From Thelocarpon superellum (lineage: Eukaryota): a stretch of DNA of 35,719 nt. The notes below the pieces were generated by a model. It worked only from the letters and a program-made list of their open reading frames with translations, ran no database searches and was not told the origin of the DNA. A program made the position numbers and the translations under genes. This document shows positions 10,701 through 21,775 of the stretch, piece after piece; position 1 is the stretch's first letter, and each line of letters begins with the position of its first letter. The stretch is from NCBI GenBank assembly GCA_026025795.1, contig JAPEUG010000154.1:1-35719 (forward strand), given 5' to 3'.

Positions 10701-12961
10701 GAAGAGGAAGAGTCGTTGCCCCAATTGAACAGGCCTCCCTTGCTCTCCTTGGTGCGAGATTTGCGGTGCGTCTTCTTTGGTGGCGTCCCGAACAAGCCGC
10801 CCATGACCCCCGTGTCGGACTCTCGCCGTGAGGTGGACGAGCGGTGGCCTGGGCTACGTTCTCGGCTGTCACGGTGTTTCTTTCGGACAACCTCGCCCGT
10901 GGGCGATCGGGACTTGGTTCGATGGCGCTCGCGAGAGGCCATGATGGCCGCGCCGCTGACGGTGCCTGCTGCCGCCGCCATGACTCCGTGAGATCGTTCT
11001 TGGGAGCTCGAACGACGACGTTGATGCTGCTGGCGATGATCACGATGGTGATGCCTCTCATCATGGTATGTCGCCGACGTAGTGGCGTGACGATGCTTGC
11101 CCGACGTACCGTCGTAATGCTTCAAGCTGACATCAGAGCTTTTCCGCGTGACCCCATGCGACGTGTAGCTCTTCTCGTCGAGAGAACCGTGCAAGGAGGT
11201 GGTGGAAGTCCGGCCCAAGCGAGCGGTGTACTTGTCGTCGGCATCGCGATTGTGCCACAAAGACTGGCCGACTTTCGCGATGCCATAGCCCGTGAGCCCA
11301 CCCGCCATCCACGATGTCGCGTTGCGGCGCTTGCCGGTACTACCATCCGAACCATATCGGGTGTCCTTATCGACGCGCTGGGAGCTTCGGTAGTGATGCA
11401 CGCGTGGGGCATCGCGCGGAGTCGTGCCGGGGGCGAAGCAGTGCCGGCAGACGCCAATGGCTTCCGTGTACTCCTCAAACTTTGCGACGCCCTCGCGGTC
11501 CCGGAAGTAGTCAACAAGCTTGTCGAGCGGGCCTTGATTACGATGCTGATGTTGTTGCTGGTGAGATGATGTCTCGTGATTCACATAGGCAACCGCCGCG
11601 CCCGTGCCCAACGCGCCGGCCAAATAGAGCCCTGCATTCGCTGGCAGGCCGTGACCACCGATGGGTGCCTGCGCGGGGCCGGTAGCATTCGGCGTCACGG
11701 CGGGCGTCACGTACGGTGGCCCGTCGGCTGGCACCATGGGTTGTGGGGGTGCGGCAGTAGACCCGACCGAATAGTATGCGGAGCCCTGATCGGAGTCGGG
11801 ACGGGGTTGGCCGTGGCCTTGGCCTTGGCCTTGGCCTTGGCCTTGGCCTTGGCCTTGGCCTTGGCCTTGGCCTTGACCTTGGCCATGATGTCCCGCCATG
11901 TACCCGGCCGCGCCTGCGAGCGCAGCAGCACCAGCCGCGGCACCCAAGGTCGATACGATGGGAGCTGAGGCGGAATGGTATGAGGCGGTTGATGCCGTTG
12001 CGGTTGCCATGGACGATGCAGCTCCGGAGACTTTGCCCGGCTTGCTCGGTTTGGATGTCTTGGATGGTTTTGAAGGCTTCGACGGTTTGGGGGGTCTGCC
12101 AGTTACAATGGGTGCGTCAGGATTAGGGTCATTGAAGAAACTGGCGGCCGCACCGACGGCGCCGACGGCGGATGGTTCGACCGGGGGATTGGGTTCGGCG
12201 GAGGCCGGTTGCAGGTGAGGTTCGGCGCCCACGATGAGCGTAGGATCATCCGTCCGCACGCCGGGTTGATTAAGGACCGACTCGCCCTGGTCTCCGTAAT
12301 AATCCGCGGCCAAGCCAGGGCCTCCTTCGTTGACGCTCAACGGAGGCCTGTAGGGCTCGGCGGACTCGGTGGGGAACTGGCCGGGGAACTGGTCGGGCAC
12401 GTGCGACGACGGCTGGCCGGGTGCTGGCGGGGGCGGGACAGCACCGGGAATGGTGGCATCGTACTGCCCGGGGAATTGGGTGAAGCCTTGGGCGCCGACT
12501 TGGTTTTCATATTCCTCCGCGCGAGGTGTATCGGCCGTAGCGGATCGTCTCTTCTTTTCATGGGTAGAGCGGCGACGCTTGAAGTCATCGGCGGCGCCCC
12601 TTACATCCTCGTCGGCGCCGTCTCGGCTGGCGATGGGGGGATCGGTGGCGGATCGATGCGGGCGAGGCCTGTCGTCGTTGTCGTGCTTGGAGCGCCGGTC
12701 CCCGCTTCGGGAGCGGTGTCGGTCGCGACTCCGTGAGCGATCTCGGTCTCGATCTCGATCACGTCGATCTTTCTTGTCCTTATCCTTGTCCTTCTCCTTC
12801 TCCTTCTCGCGCTTCCGACCGTCGCTGGTGCGCGAACGGGACTCGATCGTCTCGGAGGCATCGGGGGAGATGGCCCTGCGCGACGAGCTCGACGCGTGCG
12901 CCTTGCGAGACGAGGCCGCGGTGGACGGCGGCTCCGACGACTTGGTGATCTTGGACCACAT
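1113..12961 (-). CDS. lah: Leashin-like Woronin body tether ('involucrin repeat protein'), ~3911 aa, 3 exons (12961-7493, 7430-2718, 2666-1113)
   Basis: N-terminal conserved blocks GLAADYYGD, GPLDKLVDYFRDREGVAKFEEYTEAIGVCRHCF and WGWRWG. Long acidic, disordered middle with repeated poly-Lys motifs and EYRPLYLVERH. C-terminal coiled coil plus the conserved domain DEDYFENACQQLCQQVQQWVLRFSKFSD...EYTTDGQLARQVSFNAALMNERSG...LFPLVVKKGDDDGVGDDEIVVCPAQVLV. The phase-0 intron 7431-7492 joins ORF 7442..12961 in frame to ORF 1113..7319. Intron 2667-2717 (GTACGT...CTGAC...TACAG) is in frame. Exon lengths sum to 11736 nt. Confidence 0.8.
4723..4782. repeat. (TCAGGC)10 coding repeat, encodes a (Pro-Glu)n tract in leashin
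   Basis: Ten perfect units; minus-strand translation PEPEPEPE... Confidence 0.95.
7431..7492 (-). other. 62-nt intron joining the two leashin ORFs; contains the in-frame TGA at 7442-7444
   Basis: Minus strand reads AAG|GTACCA...GGCTGAC ACTCTGACAG|GCT. Upstream exon is 5469 nt (1823 codons). The downstream 111 nt are open and in frame with ATG 7319. Confidence 0.8.
11815..11880. repeat. (GGCCTT)10 plus one variant unit, encodes a (Gly-Gln)n tract in leashin
   Basis: Ten perfect units then GACCTT; minus-strand translation GQGQGQ... Confidence 0.95.
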
Positions 12962-13983
12962 GGCCGCGGGTGCCCGTGCGTGTCGCCGTGGGTGAAGTCA
13001 CCGGTGAGCCACAGGTGTCTGGATGATGTCGATCATGGGTGCTGATCGCCAATGGTGGTGGGGGGGACATGAGGTGACATGTTCTCGAACAACACGGCGA
13101 TGGCGACGATGCGAGCGGAGGCGCCCGTGATGAATTGTTTTCCGGTGGCTGGTCGACTAGGGTCTTCTGCGTTGTCGACTCGGTGTCTGGCTCGGGACTG
13201 GGGTGGTGCGGCCGGCTTCAGCTTGACAGGGATCGTCTCGCCTGGGCCCGAGCTCGCCGGGGCGCCCGACCCACGGGCGACCGTTGCCGACGGGGCTCAT
13301 GGTTGCTGGTACTTGTGACATCTGATAATGGGGTACGTTCCAAGGCTCGACCACCAACAGTCGGCACCGGGACATCCTTAGAGACGATGATGGAGCTGTG
13401 TAGTTGATCATCTATCAATCCGTCACCCCTCCTTAGGGGCGGCCTGGTCTCTCGAGACGTCTGCCCTGGCGTACCGCGCTGGCCAACATCGGGTTGGGCT
13501 CCATTCCTTAGGCTATCTGGTCTACCTCGCGACCGGCCATGCGCGTACCATGGCTCGGGGCCGCACACGCGGGTCAAACACCGAGGCAAGGGGACATGGG
13601 AGAATGAAAGACGTGATGCCCACACGTCATTCGCGTTCTCAGCCCGGTCCTTGCAGATCCTCGTGGGAGTGCAGGTCCTATTTATAGTATGTACGGAGTA
13701 CTCCAGACCAACTACCTACTGTACGTGTCACGCACGAAGGCGATGCGGGCAGTGAGGTAGAGTTCAACCAAATGACATTACAGGTGTAAGGTACGTGCGG
13801 GTAATGTGCGCTCAAGAGACGAATGCTAGAATGGTCGGTTACCTCAGCGTGGCCAACCCAGCCGGGAGCCCGGCGACCGATGCCGCGCAGGGTCGCGACG
13901 TCGTCCACACCCCAAGACAGAGGGGAGCCGTAGCTTGTCCACGATCACGGATCATGACCATAAGCAGTCGTCCCATCGCCCGA

Positions 13984-15832
13984 CTATTTCCTGAAACGCT
14001 CCGACAATTTTCGGAAGAAGCCGGACTTCCGCTTGTCGTCCTTGCTAGTCTCCCCGGTCGAAGAGCCGCCAAAGAATCCGCTGCGCCGCTTCTCCTTCTT
14101 CGTCGTGCTGCTCTCGCTGGGCGCGTCCGTTGCGGGGGCCGGGGTGGACGCCGTCTCCGTCGTGCTCTCCGCCACGCCGGTTGTGACCGGTGAAGTCTCC
14201 GTCGCGGCCGTAGCGGCGGGGTCCGACGCCGTCGGCGCGGACTCGCCCGTGCTCTCGTCAACCTTCACCTCTTTCAAGAGCTCGCCCTCAACCTGCTGCT
14301 TCTCTGCTACCGCTTCGGCGTTCGCGGCCGCTTCGGGCGCGCGATGGGCTTCTCCCAGCGATTCTTGCACGACCTCGGGCACGCCGGGCATCGCCGATTC
14401 GCCATTGGTCGCAGCGGCCGGGGCGGGTGTCACCTCGCCCAGCAGCTCTTGTTCCATCGCGCCTTTCTCCTTCAGCATCTCAACCGATGAGCCTGCTTCG
14501 GGCCCGACGTGAGCCTTGGCCTGGCTACGCTTAACAACGTCGGGGAGGCCAGAGGCCGTGCTGGGCTCTTCGAGAGGCACCTGGTTGGCCAGCCCCGCTG
14601 TAGTCGACGACGGCCCGATCGACGAAATGGTGGGGTCAACGCCGTCGGCTCCGGTGATGGGCAGGCTCGACTCTGGAATCAAGTTCTTGCTCACGGGCGG
14701 GAGCTCCATCGCGTCGGCGGCAGCGCCGGCTTTCCCCGGCACTGGAGCCACGGGGCCGGGCGTCACCAAGGGCGCCCCGGTCAGGGCGGAGCTACCCTTC
14801 TCGTACGACTCTTGATCCGTCGTGGCGGTCGACGCGACCGTGTTGGTCGTCAATTCGCTCGAGTCCGGCACGGGTTCGCCGGGCTTCAGATGGATCGGAT
14901 TGCCAGCACCCGCCGTGGCAGGGATGGGTGCGACCCCAAACGTCTGTGGTTCTCCGTTGGCCTCTCTGGGTAGCGAGCCATCTTCGGCGACGGTCGAGGT
15001 CGTGGTATTGCTGGTCAAGGTGCTTGGATTTGGGACCGCGGCGCCGGGCGGCAGGTGGACGGGGTTCCCAGGTCCATCGGTGGCGGGAATAGGTGCGACG
15101 GATAGCTCGGATGGCTCTTGCTGCGGAGTCACGGGGAAGTTCCCGGGCATATCCGTCGCCCCGCTGGCTTCCTTACTGCCTTCGAGCGGCACTTTGCTGG
15201 CCAGTTGCGCCGTTGTCGACTCGGGCGTGACGTTGGACATGATGGCGGCCGCGGGTGTGGTGGCGTGGCCGTGCGGTTTGACGATGTTTTCGGGTTTCAG
15301 CACGTTGTTGACGTTATTCTCGCTATCCGTCTCTTGCGGAGCCGTGTGGTCCGTCGTCCAGGTGCCGTCCACAACAAACTAGAGCGCGCGAGGCATCAGC
15401 ACGCTGTGGAACCAAGACACCCAGCATCACGCCCGGAGCGGGGTAGAGGGGCCATAGACGTGAGACCGCCACGCCACTTTCCAGCAGGATCTGCACGGAC
15501 CTTGTAGTAGATGGAATGATCGACCTTGGTTAAGTGTACGACCTTCTCGAAACCGTCGCCGACCTTCTCCAGCTGGACTGTCTTGCCCCAGTCGTCAAAG
15601 GTGCCAGTGACAAAGACCTCGCTGGCAGGGTGTTGCCTACGTCACACGTCCACCAGTCAGCAGTGTGTCCCGATTTGTCACAAGTGCTGGCTGCGTGAGC
15701 CCGGCGGTGAGAGTGGCGCATGCCGCTTCTACCGAGCAGGGCCGCGACACGCGCTGTCGGCCATCGCCCATGGCCCATCAGAGCAGATCAAGAGGGAGCA
15801 GCGGCTTACCATTTGAACAGAAAGGTACCCAT
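13984..15832 (-). CDS. Crp1/Mdg1-like protein with N-terminal AMPK-beta glycogen-binding (CBM48-like) domain, ~517 aa, 3 exons (15832-15810, 15636-15501, 15378-13984)
   Basis: Spliced N-terminus MGTFLFKWQHPASEVFVTGTFDDWGKTVQLEKVGDGFEKVVHLTKVDHSIYYKFVVDGTWTTDHTAPQETDSENNVNNVL is a typical E-set/AMPK-beta CBM. Introns GTAAGC..TAG (15637-15809) and GTCCGT..TAG (15379-15500) keep frame. Basic C-terminal tail KKEKRRSGFF...KRKSGFFRKLSERFRK. A second ATG lies one codon upstream at 15835. Confidence 0.88.
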
Positions 15833-16010
15833 CATAGAAGTTTCGCGGTGGGTCACGCAGATGGAGGGAACGACCCAACAGAGACACGACCGGGACTAGA
15901 GAGGCACAAGGAGGTGCGGAGCCGCCGGGTGGTGGATAGGCGAGCGCAGGTTGACCCCACGGGCGTGTTGATCTGGCCCGTGCCGAGAGCGCGGCTGGAT
16001 CGCAATGGCG

Positions 16011-16033
16011 TGCGTCGTGCGTCGTGCGTCGTG

Positions 16034-16067
<34 letters not shown>
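16011..16067. repeat. (TGCGTCG)3 followed by (CTG)11, i.e. (CAG)11 on the sense strand of the Crp1-like gene
   Basis: Read directly: heptamer units 16011-16031, CTG units 16035-16067, about 200 nt upstream of ATG 15832. Confidence 0.9.
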
Positions 16068-16070
<3 letters not shown>

Positions 16071-19000
16071 TTGTTGCTCTTGCTCCGTTCTGCTACCTCT
16101 GCTGCGTGATCTAGCGCGTTCGCCAGAAACACAGCTCGATCGTGCTACGGACGCGGTGAGTGATTGCGGTAAGTTAGACAATTACTCGCTCTCGTCGTAC
16201 TCGTGATTATCTCGAGCGATACTCGAGTCTCGACAACTCGCTATTGGCACTGCAGGCAACGTCCGGCCGTTGTTGGCTACGGCGGAGAGCGTGGTTGTGG
16301 CCGGCCAGATGCCCAAGCTAACAAGCCACCCGACCACGCAAGGGTAGCTAGAGGGAATCGATTGTTCAGGTGTCAGCACCGCTCAAATGCCGAAGCACCC
16401 TAAGACAGGCGGAGAGAGATGATGCCCTAGAACGAAGGCACGATAGGGTGCCCCAAGAGGCTCAGGCCGGGCGATGATTGGTTGGTCTAGGGTAATCCCT
16501 CCACACGGCGTGCCACTACGTCGACAGTGCAGGCCCGACCAGGACGCTGGCCACGGCGTCGGCCAGTAGCGGGGACGGCGCCCGGAGGTCAAGTCCTCAT
16601 AGGCCGACGCTGGTGCACCGAAAGGCGAAAGGGCCTCTTCGTGCCACCACGCGCACGACTTGGCCCATCCCAAGCGACTGGTGCCAAGACCGGAGGCTCC
16701 CCCATCCGCCTTTCACAAGCGAGCGTGAAGCTTTCCGCCAGCTCTGGATCGAGCGGTCGTGACCCGAGGATACGACACTGCGAGGACGCGCGAGGATGCA
16801 AGCACTTTGGAGTCGGGACGGAATAAGATGGGTGACTACGAATGGCGTGGGTCGAGTCGCGGACTCTGACCGGTGATCTTGTAGCCAAGCCACGCTTCAC
16901 GCGAGACCAAAATAACTCATGAAGAAGACGGCTGATATGCATCGCCAAGCTTGAGCATAAGCTTGAGCGTCGGCGCCGATCGCTGCACACGGCTGGGCTG
17001 GTCGAGGGAAAATCTCCGTGACGTGCCTGACCATGGCGTCCATGTCAATCGTCGGTGGCTTCGGTGATCGTCGCGGCCTTGCCTTGTTCCTACCCTCGGC
17101 TGCGAGCGGAGACGGGTTCAGGGGAGAGGGGGCGCGCCCAACGCTCGACTCCCACTACGGCGCCGTATCACGGCCCGACGTAAAAACCGGGTGCGACGCC
17201 GAGCTCCCTACCAGCATCGCAACCGGTCGGTGCGCGGGTACTGCCGTGAACGAGGTGGAATCCTTGACGGTTTGGTGACATTTTCAGACCGCGGCTAGTC
17301 TGCCGGGCTCCGTCGTCGGCCCAGCATTGTATCGCATGGGCACCTCGCACCACCTCGACGCCGTGGAGCCATCACTCCTCCTGCGCCCTCTCGCCGTCGG
17401 CCGACGAGGCCATCACATGGAGTTGGGCAAGCGTAGTACGCATGAGGAATCATAGTCGTCCCGGGCTCGCTGCACGTCACCGTCGACTATGGCGAGCCGA
17501 GATGAGATGTCCGGGGGAAAGGGGGGCGGGCCTCGTTGTCTTGCAGCATGCAGGTCGACGGAGCAGTAAACGACCGACTAGGATGACGGATGGACCGACG
17601 GGCAGCGACAGGCCAGCTCTCCGACGTCGGTACTACCGACGCCGCCACTGTCTTGGTAGACATCGCGTGGCATGCTGGCCGAAGGTCATGAACGTAGTGA
17701 AGGGGTCGGCTTACCGCGAGCACGCGCCCTGTAACCGGTGTTGGGCCATACGGAAACCGGCCGACGGTCAGGGAACCAGCCGCGGAGGAGAGGGAAGGCT
17801 TTGGGCGGTGGGTGGTGGACCCTTGCATGCCGCACACGCAGCAGCCAGCGCCGGCCAGCGCAGCGAGCAGCGCGACTACTGTGCGACCGTGGCGAGCCAA
17901 AGCCCTGCTTACCGACCCAGGCTGGGTCTAAGGCATCAGTGCACAAGCCTTGTGGCAAGCGACAAGAAGGTTAAGGGAGGCTTCCACGAGCCTTCGCTCA
18001 AGCTTCTAGAAAGAGCAAGGCCAGCCCAGGGCCGCGAGACCCCACGAGCAAGGCCAGCCGCCCGCCTAGAGGGTTATGCCGGTGCATGACCCCACCAATC
18101 GCGACGGTGCCCACACCCCAAACCACGCTTCTAGTCCACCCTCGACCGCCTTCTGTGCCCTTTGTCCGCGTCCGTGGCCAAGTACCCGCTACGAACAGCG
18201 CGCCGGCATCGTCTGGCCCTATCGCTCCGTCGTGGCGGCGGAGGTGGGTAGCGGTACTTGCACCGGCTTAGAGACGCGGCCAGGGCTGCCACTGCCACTG
18301 CCGCCGTTGCTGCTGCTGCTGCTGCCACTTGACCCTGCTGCTCCGCGCCGGCCACGCTTGTCTGACGCCGTGCACCTTGAGCGTCCGCGCTCCCGGCGCT
18401 GGCCCTCCGTCCCCTCTCCTTCCGCCCTCCCTTCTCCTGGTCGCATCACCCACCTCCCTCACGTAAAAGACGGCAAGCGATCGCCGGGGCCGTTGACCAT
18501 CCACGATCGCGTAACGAGGTCAGGCCCGACATCCGACCGGGCTCATCGTGCAGCGGCAAGAGGAGCGGTCACCGTCGCGCCGCCCTCGCTCCCTCCCTCC
18601 CCCTTGCCCTTGCCCTTCTTCCTCTCTTGCGCGCCTACGCCTCCGTAGGTGCGCGCTGCGACTCGCGACCGGTGCCGCCGACGAACCCGCGGCTTCCGTG
18701 GCGTCGCTGCACCTGCCCGCCGCCGTCATCTGCGGCCGGGCTGCACATCATCGCGAAGGCTCCCGCGCGCGAACGAGCACGCCGACCTGGTCGGCCATCG
18801 GCCATCGCCCGTCACCTGTCGCTCTCGCCCACCTGCGGCGCCTGCCAGCGTGCAATTGGTCGGCCGTTACGGCGAGGGTCCCCTAAAAACTCTCGACCGA
18901 GCAGTTCGACGACTGGAACGGGTGGTTTGTGCTCTGGGCTTGTCACACGATCCTTCCCCCCCATTCCACTCCATTCCTCTCCATTGCGCTCCGTTGCTCT

Positions 19001-19097
19001 CGGTCTCCTCCGTCCTGTCACATCCTTCGCTTTACTCTCCCACGAGCTTCTTGCCCCCTCTATATCCGTTTTCGACCGGCCTCGTGCCTCCCTACCC

Positions 19098-20345
19098 ATG
19101 GCGGAGTCGACGTTCCCCGGCGCGGCCGGCGCCAGCAGCAATCCCTTCGGTGACGGTGGTACCTCGGGCACGGCGGCTCATCTCGGCGGCACACGCAGTG
19201 CGATGCAACGTGTCATGGAAGAAGATGAGCATGACGCGGTCGCCTCACCTACGTCGCCGGTCTTCAAGTTGGGAGGCCCGCACGGCTCCGCGTCATCGCC
19301 CGGTCCCGTCGCGGCAGGCCCGGGCTCCTCCCCGTCCGCGTCCACGCCCCCCTCGTCCTTCAGCCCCACGTCGGCGTCGTCGCAAGGCTTCCCATCCAAT
19401 TACAGCATGGGCCGGCGGACGTCGGTATCGGCAGAGTCGATGAATCCGACGACATCGATGAGCGACACCTGGACCCCTCCCTTCCACCCCAAGAGCCAGG
19501 AGCAGCTGTCACGGCTGCAGTCGGCCGTGGCTGGCAACTTTCTGTTCTCACACCTCGACGAGGAGCAGACGTCGCAGGTGCTGGGGGCGCTGGTGGAGAA
19601 GCCGATTCCAACCAAGGACATCAAGGTCATCACCCAGGGCGATGTGGGGGACTACTTCTACGTGGTGGAGAAGGGCACGTTCCGCGTCTACGTCCATCCG
19701 TCGGGTGCCTTTCAGCCCGGGCCCGAGGGCATCGGCCAGCACGTCGGCACGATTGGCACGGGCGGGTCGTTTGGCGAGCTGGCGCTGATGTACAACGCGC
19801 CGCGCGCCGCCACCGTCATCTCCACCGAGGCCGGCTCGTGCCTGTGGGCGCTGGACCGCGTGACGTTTCGCCGCATCTTGATGGACTCGACCTTCCAGCG
19901 TCGTCGAATGTACGAAAACTTCCTCGAGGAGGTGCCGCTGCTGTCAAGCCTCACGCCCTATGAGCGGTCCAAGATCGCGGATGCGCTCGACGCACAAAAG
20001 TTCCCGCCCGGCTCGACCATCATCCAGGAAGGTGACCCAGGTGAGGCTTTCTTCATCCTCGAGAGCGGCGAGGCCGACGTATACAAGCGGGGGATCGCAC
20101 GGCCGGTGATGTCGTACAAGAAAGGCGACTACTTTGGCGAGCTGGCCCTCCTCAACAATGCGCCCCGGGCTGCGAGCGTGGTCAGCAAGACGGAGGTCAA
20201 GCTGGCAACGCTGGGTAAGGACGGCTTCCAGCGGTTGTTGGGGCCCGTGGAGGGTATCATGCGTCGGAACGATCCGACCAAACGCGGCATCAAGTCCGAT
20301 GAAGAGGCGGCGGCAGTGGAGGACAAGGGCCCCGGAGAAGCATGA
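19098..20345 (+). CDS. pkaR: cAMP-dependent protein kinase regulatory subunit, 415 aa, single exon
   Basis: Inhibitor/autophosphorylation site RRTSVSAES. Two cNMP-binding domains with phosphate-binding cassettes FGELALMYNAPRAATV and FGELALLNNAPRAASV. The first ATG in the frame is 19098 (MAESTFPG...); the ORF-track start at 18627 is a TTG. Confidence 0.96.
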   Translation: MAESTFPGAAGASSNPFGDGGTSGTAAHLGGTRSAMQRVMEEDEHDAVASPTSPVFKLGGPHGSASSPGPVAAGPGSSPSASTPPSSFSPTSASSQGFPSNYSMGRRTSVSAESMNPTTSMSDTWTPPFHPKSQEQLSRLQSAVAGNFLFSHLDEEQTSQVLGALVEKPIPTKDIKVITQGDVGDYFYVVEKGTFRVYVHPSGAFQPGPEGIGQHVGTIGTGGSFGELALMYNAPRAATVISTEAGSCLWALDRVTFRRILMDSTFQRRRMYENFLEEVPLLSSLTPYERSKIADALDAQKFPPGSTIIQEGDPGEAFFILESGEADVYKRGIARPVMSYKKGDYFGELALLNNAPRAASVVSKTEVKLATLGKDGFQRLLGPVEGIMRRNDPTKRGIKSDEEAAAVEDKGPGEA

Positions 20346-20811
20346 GTTGGACGGCGATGGGGGCCGGTTGCTTGATGATGTGCCGACGATGCCATGTTTA
20401 CCAGTAGGAGGATGGATGCCATGGATAATGAGCTTCGGGCCGACGACCACACACGACCCACGATCGTCATGTCTCTTGTGTCCCCGCGGCCCGCTGGTGA
20501 TGCCTTTCTTCGTCCTACGTCCGTTTCCCTGTTACCTCGATCCCGTATCCGACACCTCACTCTCTCCTACCCTCTAGACCTGGTCATCTCTTTTCTTTGT
20601 CTCCTCATTGCGCCGGCTCATACATGGGTATGTTTCGCGTCGTACATTATTGAACCAGATACGGTCCCTCCCGACGGAGAAAGGCGCCGTCCCTCCACAT
20701 GCGCTCTTGAATCATCGCCGCCACCGCGTGCGCCCGAAGAAGTTCTGCCAGACGCTCCGTAGTCACTTGCGTAGGCAAACCCGGGCATGGTCAGCGTGAG
20801 ATGGTCCCGAC

Positions 20812-21495
20812 TCAGTCTCTCGCCGCCTGTTCCCGTCTCCGGTCCAAGATCTCCTGTCTCACGGCCTCCGCGGCCAACTCGGCTTCAATCACTTTGCCCA
20901 CACCCTCGCGCCACGACTGGTTCAAAGCCTCCAGCTCGCCCCGCACACTCTCCTGGCCCGCCTTGCGCGCCTTATTCACCTGCTCCGTCTGCTCGCGGCG
21001 CGCCACCAGCTCACTTTCCAATGCCCGCAGGACGTCTTCGAGCTGGGCGTTTGCAATCAGCCAGGCGTTCTTGCCGAATTCTTCCAACAGGGCGAGGTTG
21101 GTGAGGCGGATCGAGAGATGTGTTGACGATGCGTAGCTCTTCTGGAGTACCTCGCGCCACCGCTGGGCCTCGTCGCCAGCGGACGTTTCCGTGGGGGCGT
21201 CCAGCGCTTCGTACCGCGACAGGTCGACACCCCCTTCCCGCGGCCGATTCTCCGCTTGCCGGGAGATTTCTTGCTGGATCAGATCGGAGAACTGGATCGC
21301 GGGCGCTTCGGGGATGGAAGGGTGGAGGGTAGTCGCGTGGGTCAGTTCGGCATTGATGGCTTGATTCGCGCCCTCACGTGCTGCTGGGCTCAGGTCGGGG
21401 TCGATGTCTGGAAGCTGGGGTCAGTCGATACGTCGACGGGACGGTTAGTGGATCTTACATGGTAATGAGTCGTGAGACTCTTGTATCAGCGGCAT
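20812..21495 (-). CDS. spf27: Pre-mRNA splicing factor SPF27/BCAS2/Cwf7 (Prp19 complex), 210 aa, 2 exons (21495-21459, 21407-20812)
   Basis: Spliced MPLIQESHDSLPYID...GGVDLSRYEA...RLTNLALLEEFGKNAWLIANAQLEDVLRALESEL...VNKARK...W...V has the BCAS2 family motifs. The 51-nt intron GTAAGA..CAG (21408-21458) keeps frame. Confidence 0.92.
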
Positions 21496-21775
21496 GATGT
21501 AAGGGTTTGTGATGAGCGAGCATGAGGTGGAGGACTCCAGACGTCGACGTTATCCTTCGCATCGAAAGATCCTCTGGCGTGGTTCCTTGCGGCTTCGTCT
21601 CGGAAGATGCCGATGTCGGCTGCCGTAGGAATCACAACCAAATTGTAGAATGTACGCATAGCTGCTACTACTAGTTACTAACATAATTAACTACTTACCA
21701 GTTATGTTATTAGTAGTGTAGAAATCAGAGCTGAATGTCTAATCTACACATAGTCAGGATAGTGATAGGAGTGTG

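Noticed and set aside
1020..12995. Many 100-290 aa antisense and alternate-frame ORFs over the leashin gene, including GSGSGS, LRLRLR, ALALAL and KAKAKA runs
   Set aside because: Shadow ORFs of a GC-rich coding strand; the dipeptide runs are other frames of the same hexamer repeats.
12780..13080. Upstream ATGs before leashin (13080, 13070, 13036) as an earlier start or regulatory uORFs
   Set aside because: Two are out of frame and the in-frame one stops after 12 codons. Without a TSS I cannot place them in the transcript.
13692..13704. TACGGAGTA motif and GGAGTACTCC palindrome
   Set aside because: Short motif with no partner terminal repeat or target-site duplication, so no support for a MITE.
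15729..16181. Poly-Gln ORF (minus strand) and the overlapping poly-Ala and poly-Cys ORFs
   Set aside because: Products of the CTG/CAG microsatellite; the poly-Gln ORF has a non-ATG start and overlaps the real first exon of the Crp1-like gene.
16200..18650. Several 60-215 aa ORFs and short direct repeats (AAGCTTGAGC x2 near 16950, GAGCAAGGCCAGCC x2 near 18013-18060) in the divergent intergenic region
   Set aside because: Arg/Ala/Pro-rich translations typical of non-coding GC-rich DNA, with no motifs or convincing splice structure; the repeats are too short to define an element.
18627..19097. 572-aa PKA regulatory subunit as given by the ORF track
   Set aside because: Starts at TTG; family similarity begins at ATG 19098. 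Kept only as a non-AUG hypothesis.
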